The notes below the pieces were generated by a model. It was given only the letters and a program-made list of their open reading frames with translations. It did no database searches and had not been told where the DNA came from. Of a DNA stretch of 32,598 nucleotides, positions 26,456 through 32,598 are shown in pieces. A program made the translations under genes and the position numbers. The DNA is taken from NCBI GenBank assembly GCA_035703635.1, contig DASSXV010000063.1, positions 1 through 32,598 on the forward strand, given 5' to 3'. This DNA is from Trueperaceae bacterium. GTDB lineage: Bacteria; Deinococcota; Deinococci; Deinococcales; Trueperaceae. How positions within the stretch are numbered: the stretch's first letter is position 1; each line of letters opens with the position of its first letter.

Positions 26456-27778
26456 TCAAGCGCCGCCACTTAGCCCGAACCTCTCGAGCAAGTAACGCGC
26501 TGCTCCCGCCGCGCCCGGCTCCCGCGCCACGACGGCGGCTGCGCTAGCAGCGCGCTCCGCGACTTGTGGGCGCAACGCCGCCTCCAACGCCGCCTGCAAC
26601 CCGGCACCGCTGAACTTCGGGGAAACCAGTCGCGTGCCCAAGCGCAACTCCGTGATCTTCACGGACCAGTGGTACTGGTCGAAGAAGGCCGGCACGGCCA
26701 CTTGGGGCACGCCGGCGTGAACGGCGGCGCCGGTGGTGCCCGCGCCGCCGTGATGCACCACAGCACGCATGCGCGGGAAGAGCCAGTCGTGAGGCGCCTC
26801 GTCGAGCACGAAGCGATCGGCGGCGGTGCCGCCGAGGGCGGCGCGCGCGGCACCGGCACCGCCGCCACCAAGTCCCGCCCAGCCAGACGCCAGCACCAAG
26901 CGCAGGCCCATGCCCCGCACGACGCTGGCGACGGCCTCCTCCACCTGCGCAACGTCACGCACGGGCAGGTGGCTGCCGAAGCCGACGTAGACGGGCTTCT
27001 CCCCTGCCGCAAGGAAGGCGCTTAGCGCTGGGGATGGGCGCCAGTCCTGAGGGTGGGGCAAGCGCCACCAGCCACTCACGAAGCGGCCAGGCGGCCAGTC
27101 CGCTGGCGGCGGCGCCACAAGTGGGCTGTAGCCGTAGACGCGCACGACCTCTTCCCCCATCCGGCGCCATGGGGTCCCGAAGAACGGCACGCCGCCTAAC
27201 CCGAGCCGTTGCCTACGCCAACGGTTGACCGTCCAGCGCCACGGGAACCACACGACCTGCTCGCCCATCCAGTGGCTGGCGCGGTTGAAGATGCGCCGCG
27301 CGGGCCCCGGCTTGCGGGGGGCTTGGCGCATCGCGACGCTCGGGTACTCGGCGGTGACGTCCCACGGTTGCAGCGAGGCGAACGCGGTCGGCTTACCCGT
27401 TGCCTCGTGGAGGTGCGGGCCAGCGAGGGCGCCGTGGGCGAACACGATGGCGTCGCTCGCATCCGCAAGGTCGGCGGACTGCTCGAGCATCGTGCGCATG
27501 GTCGGCGCCCACTCAGCGGCGAACTCGCGCGCCGCCGTGAGCACCGCAGGGCTGCGCACCATGGCTCGCAGTTGCGCTTGGCTGCGCATCCAGGCAACGG
27601 GGTCGCCCGCCAACTCGGCGTACTCGATGCCGCGCCCCTCGATGAGCGCCCGATAGGCGGGGTGTGCCCCAAGCACTGGCCGCGCACCCAATTCCTGAAG
27701 CTCCAGAGCTAACGCCACGAACGGCTGGACGTCACCCCGCGAGCCGAAGGTGAGGATGGCGATGCGCGGCTCAGCCAC
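26456..27778 (-). CDS. GT1 glycosyltransferase (sterol 3-beta-glucosyltransferase-like)
   Basis: GSRGDVQPFVALA, VYVGFGS, PHDWLFPR, VVHHGGAGTT, FFDQ; start placed at GTG 27778 overlapping the upstream stop. Confidence 0.9.
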   Translation of the reverse strand: MAEPRIAILTFGSRGDVQPFVALALELQELGARPVLGAHPAYRALIEGRGIEYAELAGDPVAWMRSQAQLRAMVRSPAVLTAAREFAAEWAPTMRTMLEQSADLADASDAIVFAHGALAGPHLHEATGKPTAFASLQPWDVTAEYPSVAMRQAPRKPGPARRIFNRASHWMGEQVVWFPWRWTVNRWRRQRLGLGGVPFFGTPWRRMGEEVVRVYGYSPLVAPPPADWPPGRFVSGWWRLPHPQDWRPSPALSAFLAAGEKPVYVGFGSHLPVRDVAQVEEAVASVVRGMGLRLVLASGWAGLGGGGAGAARAALGGTAADRFVLDEAPHDWLFPRMRAVVHHGGAGTTGAAVHAGVPQVAVPAFFDQYHWSVKITELRLGTRLVSPKFSGAGLQAALEAALRPQVAERAASAAAVVAREPGAAGAARYLLERFGLSGGA

Positions 27779-28790
27779 GCTCAGCGCCCGCAGGTGCTTC
27801 CGCTGCGGCCCCGCCAACTTGCTTGACGACCAGGTAGCCACCTAACAGGGGCCCGAGTATGAAGAGGCTGTAGAAAGTGATGATGCGCCAAGCGAAAACG
27901 GCGGCCGGCCCGGCTTGTCCGCTACCGTTGCCAACGAGAAACCAGCTCAGGACGACCTCGAAGAAGCCGCTCCCGCCAGGGGTCGGCACGAAAGTGCTCA
28001 TGACGGCCACTACCGTCTGACCTGCTAGCGCGAGCAACGCCCCGATGCTCACGCCAAGGCCGCGCAGTAGGAAGTACAAGACCAAGAAGAAAGCCGCCCA
28101 GGCGCAGGCGGTGAGGCCCTGCACGACGGCGTGCTTCCATAGTGGGGCGGCGGCGAACGTCTGACTGCTCTCTATGAACCCATCGACGAAGCGCATCCCG
28201 CGGCGTCTGAAGCGCAGGAGCGGCCCGCGCAGAACGAAGCCGAACAGCGGCCTCAACCACACGACCTTGAAGAGCAGAACGTACGCGAGCGCGACCGTAA
28301 GCAGGATCACTACCGTGCCGAGCAGAGCCCAGCCCGGCGTGCGCGGGTAGACGCCCAACCCGTAGAGCACGACCAGCGACGCGGGCATGGCCCAGGCGTG
28401 GAAAGCAGTGTCAGCCGCCATGGTCGCGAGCGCCGCGGCCCACGACTTGGCGCGCTGCATGCCTTGCACGTCAAGGGTGAGCGCCAGGCCAGCGATGCTG
28501 CCGCTGCCGCCAGGCGTGACCGCAGCCGTGAACATGCCGAGCACGTGGGCGCGGAAGGCGTGACTCAAGCGCACGCGGAATCCGAGAGTGCGGCAGACGA
28601 ACACGAGCCGCGCCGCGGCGATCAGGAACGACGTCAAGAGAGCGAGGGCCGCCGCCGCCAACGAGAGCGGCGCCAGATCCTTCAAGCCCAGTAGCGCCCT
28701 CGGTCCGCCCACCTGCCATAACGCGAACGCCATCCCGGCGCCGGACAGCGCAAGTGACACGAGTAGGGCTTGCAGCACAGGGCGTTTCAT
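27771..28790 (-). CDS. Lysylphosphatidylglycerol-synthase TM / flippase-like (UPF0104) membrane protein
   Basis: About 8 TM; F..AVTPGGSG, PTPGGSGFFE, WRIITFY motifs. Confidence 0.85.
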   Translation of the reverse strand: MKRPVLQALLVSLALSGAGMAFALWQVGGPRALLGLKDLAPLSLAAAALALLTSFLIAAARLVFVCRTLGFRVRLSHAFRAHVLGMFTAAVTPGGSGSIAGLALTLDVQGMQRAKSWAAALATMAADTAFHAWAMPASLVVLYGLGVYPRTPGWALLGTVVILLTVALAYVLLFKVVWLRPLFGFVLRGPLLRFRRRGMRFVDGFIESSQTFAAAPLWKHAVVQGLTACAWAAFFLVLYFLLRGLGVSIGALLALAGQTVVAVMSTFVPTPGGSGFFEVVLSWFLVGNGSGQAGPAAVFAWRIITFYSLFILGPLLGGYLVVKQVGGAAAEAPAGAERG

Positions 28791-28934
28791 GATTCGAGTC
28801 GGCGAGGGCGCTGCGTCAGGTCGCTAGCTGCGCTCGCAGAGCTAGAGCATAACCGCGGTTCGCGCCCACCTCGCAGGGGCGGCGGTGAGGCAGCCAACGG
28901 CGTGGACGGCGCGCTCGCCGCCTATCCAGCTAAC

Positions 28935-30926
28935 TCAGTAGCCGTCAGGCAGCGCGGGCGGTTGCCACGCCACGTCTACGTCCGCGCTGCCAGCGGCACC
29001 TGCCGCCACCACGAGCGGCTGCCGCACTTGCACCTGCCTGATGAGGCAGAGTTCGGCCATCACCTCGCGGCAGTAGTAGACGAGCACGTCGCCCGTCACG
29101 ACGCCCTCACCAACAGCGAAGTTCGCGGGGAACTCGAGCACGAGCGGGTAGTCGGGGCTGGTCACCTCGGCGGCGGTCGGCTCGGCGAACTGCGCAACTG
29201 CGCCGGAACTGCTCCACTTGACCTGCAGGGGCGCGAGGTCGTTCGCCTTGTAACCGGCAGGCAGGGTGAGGGTCAGACGCACGCCGCCCGCGCCTGGCGC
29301 GAGCGTCTTGGCCGGCAGCTCTATGACCTCGTCGTAACGCACTTGGGTGTTCGGCGCCCCCACGAGCAGGCCGTTAGGGTCGCTGAGGGCGAGGGTCGTC
29401 ACCTGTCGGGACGCCAGATCGGCAACGCGGATGGCGCCGTTATTGGTGTCTGCCACGTACAGCTTGCCCGCCGCGTAACTCAGCCCGCCAGGTTCGGAGA
29501 ACTCCGCGCTGTCCCCGTCTCGCAACCCGGGGGTGCCAGTGCCGAACACGGTCGTGACCTCGTGGGTGGTGGGGTCTAGCCGCTTGATCTTGTTGTTGTA
29601 GGTGTCGGCGACGTACACGGCGCCGTCGACGTAGGCCAGGCCGAGAGGGTGCTGCAAGCGCACCGCCTTACCGACGCCGTCGACGTCGCCGAAGTCGAAG
29701 AGGCCAGTGCCAACTAGCGTCTCGACTCGACCGTTAGGGCCCTGGTCCACTCGCCTTACGGCGCTCGCCTCGCTGTCGGCGACGAAGAGCACACTGCCGT
29801 CGGTGGTGAGGCCGCTCGGTTGGTTGAGGCCCGCGCTCAAGAGGGCGCCGTCCTTCAGCTCTTCGCGGCCGCTGCCAGCGAGGAGTCGCACGACGCCGCT
29901 GCCAGGTCCAAGGCTCCAGAGTTGGTGCTGCCCCGCCATGGCGATGATCAGCTGGTCATCAAGCCAGAGGACGTCCCAAGGCGAGTTGAGTCCCCCACCC
30001 GCCTCCACCCCGTTGCGCCCGAACAGGTACTCCTGCTTGCCGTTGCCAGCTACCGTGGTCACCGTGCGCTTGGCGAGGTCAACGAGCCTGATGCTGTGGT
30101 TGCCCGTATCGGCCACATAGAGCGTGTCTGGACCCGCAAGCGCCATGCCTTGCGGGCCGTTGAAGCCGGCGCTCTCGAAGTCGCCGTCCTTCAACTCTTG
30201 GGCGCCCGAGCCGACGACGTCGAGCACCACGCCAGCGAGGTCCGTGATGACGATGCGGTCGTTGCTGCTATCGGCCACGAAGAGACGGGCGCCTGCCTCG
30301 TCTGCCAGGACCTTGCCGGGGAAGCTGAGCGCCGTCCTTGGGGTGACGACGCCGGTGGCGTTGAGCGTTAGGGGGGTGCGGTCGAGCGTGCCGCGCGCCG
30401 CGAAGGTGTCGATCATGCCAGCGATCACGTCGTCGAACACGCGGTAAACGCCTTCGCCAGCGTGACGGCCAAGGATGTGGCCCTCCGGGTCGATAAGTAC
30501 GAAGCTTGGCCACGCCGAGATGTTGTAATCCTGCCAGATCTTGAACTCGGCATCGTTGACGATCGGCTCCGTGCGGCCGTAACGCTCGGCAACGAGCCGA
30601 ATGTTCTCGGTGCGCGCCTCGTTGAGGAACTTGGCGGAGTGAACGCCGATGACGACGAGCTCGTTGGGGTACTTCTCCTCGAGCGCTTTGAGGTCAGGGA
30701 TGACGTGGATGCAGTTGATGCAGCCGTAGGTCCAGAAGTCGAGCAGGACTATCTTCCCGCTCAGGGAGCTGAGGGGGAGGGGCTTGTCTGTGTTGATCCA
30801 GTCGAGGCCCGTTGGGAACTCGTGCGCCGGGGCGCTGCCAACGTACGACTGGCCGGTGGAGCGCTGGGTCATGACGACCACGAGTATTACAGCGAGCACG
30901 GCAACGGCAAGGTACAGCTTGCGCAT
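28935..30926 (-). CDS. Exported thioredoxin-like plus NHL-repeat protein (NHLRC2/SOQ1-like)
   Basis: N-terminal signal/anchor; LDFWTYGCINC, IGVHSAKF.NE; NHL repeats (FPGKV, GPQG, NSPWD, NQPSG, LQHPLG, SEPGG); C-terminal YYC..C. Start ATG 30926 after TATCAT-5 nt. Confidence 0.9.
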   Translation of the reverse strand: MRKLYLAVAVLAVILVVVMTQRSTGQSYVGSAPAHEFPTGLDWINTDKPLPLSSLSGKIVLLDFWTYGCINCIHVIPDLKALEEKYPNELVVIGVHSAKFLNEARTENIRLVAERYGRTEPIVNDAEFKIWQDYNISAWPSFVLIDPEGHILGRHAGEGVYRVFDDVIAGMIDTFAARGTLDRTPLTLNATGVVTPRTALSFPGKVLADEAGARLFVADSSNDRIVITDLAGVVLDVVGSGAQELKDGDFESAGFNGPQGMALAGPDTLYVADTGNHSIRLVDLAKRTVTTVAGNGKQEYLFGRNGVEAGGGLNSPWDVLWLDDQLIIAMAGQHQLWSLGPGSGVVRLLAGSGREELKDGALLSAGLNQPSGLTTDGSVLFVADSEASAVRRVDQGPNGRVETLVGTGLFDFGDVDGVGKAVRLQHPLGLAYVDGAVYVADTYNNKIKRLDPTTHEVTTVFGTGTPGLRDGDSAEFSEPGGLSYAAGKLYVADTNNGAIRVADLASRQVTTLALSDPNGLLVGAPNTQVRYDEVIELPAKTLAPGAGGVRLTLTLPAGYKANDLAPLQVKWSSSGAVAQFAEPTAAEVTSPDYPLVLEFPANFAVGEGVVTGDVLVYYCREVMAELCLIRQVQVRQPLVVAAGAAGSADVDVAWQPPALPDGY

Positions 30927-31115
30927 GCCGGATGATAGTTCCCCGAAGTTGGCATGCATGTCGTGGTCGCGCCGCTTGCCGGCCCGCCATGGGCCGCCAG
31001 GCAGCCCGCATTTACGGTAATCTTCGGGTCAACACCGGTTTCCGGCGGCTCCTGGCCGTAGCGGCTTGGAGGCTCGCGCGCTACCTAGCGCGGAGCAATT
31101 CGAGGAGGTCAGCAG

Positions 31116-32429
31116 ATGTCTCTCGCAGCCACCACCCGCTCTCATAAACACGTGCTCACGCCGTGGAGCAAGCAGTCCGCTGTCGGAGGTCCGACTTTCG
31201 TCAGAGGTGAGGGTTCTTACCTCTTCGATGACGAGGGCAAGCGCTACCTGGACCTCTCGGCTGGCCTCGTCTCCACCAACCTCGGGCACGGCCACCCCGC
31301 GGTCGTCAAGGCCATCCAGGAGCAGGCGGCCAAGATCTGCTACCTACCCCCGTCACTCATCCACGACGTGCGCTCCGAGTTCGCAGAGCTGCTCTCCGAT
31401 GTCAGTCCCTGGAGCGAGGGCGCCCGCACCTTCTTCACCACCGGTGGCGGTGAAGCGAACGAGGACGCCATCAAGATGGCGCGCACCGTCACGGGTAGGC
31501 ACAAGGTGCTCGCCGCGTACCGCTCGTTCCACGGCTCGGCGCCGGGCGCAGGCAGCCTTACGGGTGAGGACCGCCGTTGGGCGAACGAGCCCGGCATCCC
31601 AGGTATCGTTCACTTCTTCGCGCCGTACCCGTACCGCAGCCCGTTCTTCACCGATGACGCGAAGGTCGAAGTCGAGCGCGCGCTCGAGCACCTCGAGCAG
31701 GTCATCACCTTCGAGGGCGCCAAGAACATCGCCGCCCTCGTCATCGAGCCGGTGGTCGGCTCCAACGGCGTGATCGTCTACCCGGAAGGCTACTTGGCTG
31801 GCATGCGCAGCATCACGGCCAAGCACGGCATCGTGCTCATTTTCGACGAGGTCATGACCGGATTCGGCCGCGTCGGCGACCGTTTCGCGGCCTCGCGCTT
31901 CGGCGTCACGCCCGACATGATCACGTTCGCCAAGGGCTCGTCCTCGGCGTACATCCCGCTTGGCGGCGTCATGGTCCGCGAGAGCCTCGCTAAGTACTTC
32001 GACGACCACGCCCTAATGTGCGGCCACACCTACGCAGGGCACCCGATGGCCATGGCCGCGGGCCTCGCCACCGTCACCACGCTGAAGAAGGAGGGCCTCT
32101 TCGAGCGCGCTCGCGAGATAGACCCATGGCTGAAGGAGGGCCTAACCGCCCTCAAGGACAAGCACGCGGTCATCGGCGACGTGCGCGGCATCGGCGCCTT
32201 CTACACCATCGAGCTCGTCAAGGACCGCACCACCAAGGAGCCGCTCGTGCCCTGGTACGGGGGCGACAACGCGCCCGTCGCGAAGCTGGTCGGGGCCCTG
32301 CGCAACGAGGGCGTCTACGCGTTCGGGCGCTACAACGTGCTGCTCGTCACGCCGCCGCTGAACATCAAACGCGAGGACCTGCAGGTTGGCCTCGATGGCC
32401 TCGACCGTGCGCTCAACGTACTCGCCTGA
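31116..32429 (+). CDS. Class III PLP-dependent aminotransferase (omega-amino acid:pyruvate type)
   Basis: GEGSYL.D..GKRYLD, GGGEANE, RSFHG, IEPVVG, FDEVMTGFGR, MITFAKG (PLP Lys), GHTY.GHP; SD GAGGAGG. Confidence 0.92.
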   Translation: MSLAATTRSHKHVLTPWSKQSAVGGPTFVRGEGSYLFDDEGKRYLDLSAGLVSTNLGHGHPAVVKAIQEQAAKICYLPPSLIHDVRSEFAELLSDVSPWSEGARTFFTTGGGEANEDAIKMARTVTGRHKVLAAYRSFHGSAPGAGSLTGEDRRWANEPGIPGIVHFFAPYPYRSPFFTDDAKVEVERALEHLEQVITFEGAKNIAALVIEPVVGSNGVIVYPEGYLAGMRSITAKHGIVLIFDEVMTGFGRVGDRFAASRFGVTPDMITFAKGSSSAYIPLGGVMVRESLAKYFDDHALMCGHTYAGHPMAMAAGLATVTTLKKEGLFERAREIDPWLKEGLTALKDKHAVIGDVRGIGAFYTIELVKDRTTKEPLVPWYGGDNAPVAKLVGALRNEGVYAFGRYNVLLVTPPLNIKREDLQVGLDGLDRALNVLA

Positions 32430-32480
32430 GAGAACACCGCGGTAGTAACGCGTAGCCAGACCAGTCGGTCTATCCAAACT

Positions 32481-32524
32481 GCGTGCGGGAGCGGCAACGG
32501 TGAGCCGCTCCCGCACGCGTTTTA
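32481..32524 (+). terminator. Rho-independent terminator
   Basis: 15-bp perfect stem GCGTGCGGGAGCGGC / GCCGCTCCCGCACGC, 8-nt loop, followed by a short T run. Confidence 0.85.
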
Positions 32525-32598
32525 CCCGCCAATGGCGCGCCACTTCGGCACCAGCCCACGCGCTCAGTAGACGCTCCTGTCTACCGCCGCGTCCGCTC

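Noticed and set aside
27779-27841. Longer GT1 start
   Set aside because: Falls inside the flippase gene; the conserved GT1 N-terminus starts just after GTG 27778
25658-32429. Cytosine deaminase plus class III aminotransferase as a pyrimidine-degradation cluster
   Set aside because: Separated by unrelated genes, with no dihydropyrimidine dehydrogenase, dihydropyrimidinase or ureidopropionase in the window
32564-32598. Possible 3' tail of a convergent minus-strand gene (..ADAAVDRSVY*)
   Set aside because: Too short to support a call
1-32598. CRISPR arrays, tRNA/rRNA, IS elements, prophage or defence genes
   Set aside because: No spaced direct repeats, RNA-gene signatures, transposases, integrases or nucleases were seen; intergenic gaps are short

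Overview
High-GC bacterial chromosomal segment. Several genes appear leaderless (TANNNT-N5-8-start codon) and the LepB sequence style fits Deinococcota, so a Truepera-like host is inferred, not proven. The first ~11 kb is a divergent sugar-catabolic locus. Leftward are a formylglycine-generating enzyme, an AGE-family 2-epimerase and a family-5 ABC substrate-binding protein (truncated at the window edge). Rightward is a tightly coupled operon: NagB-like isomerase/deaminase, SDR fructuronate/mannonate oxidoreductase, LacI, UxaE, UxaC and an unannotated deacetylase-like protein. Two clear sigma70 promoters are each followed by a GTTAGCG(A/G)TAAC LacI-type operator. The rest is mixed housekeeping and accessory genes: lepB, a secreted tandem-PPC protein, RarA fused to a methyltransferase-like domain, two MFS transporters, an HD hydrolase, canonical nagB, a hexameric tyrosine-coordinated heme protein, a TetR plus heterodimeric ABC exporter, a yeast-type cytosine deaminase, a GT1 glycosyltransferase plus flippase pair, an exported thioredoxin-NHL (NHLRC2/SOQ1-like) protein and a class III aminotransferase with its terminator. 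No RNA genes, CRISPR arrays or mobile elements were seen. The best novelty candidate is the sugar locus, which may encode an undescribed amino-uronate or sulfated amino-sugar catabolic route; this is a hypothesis.
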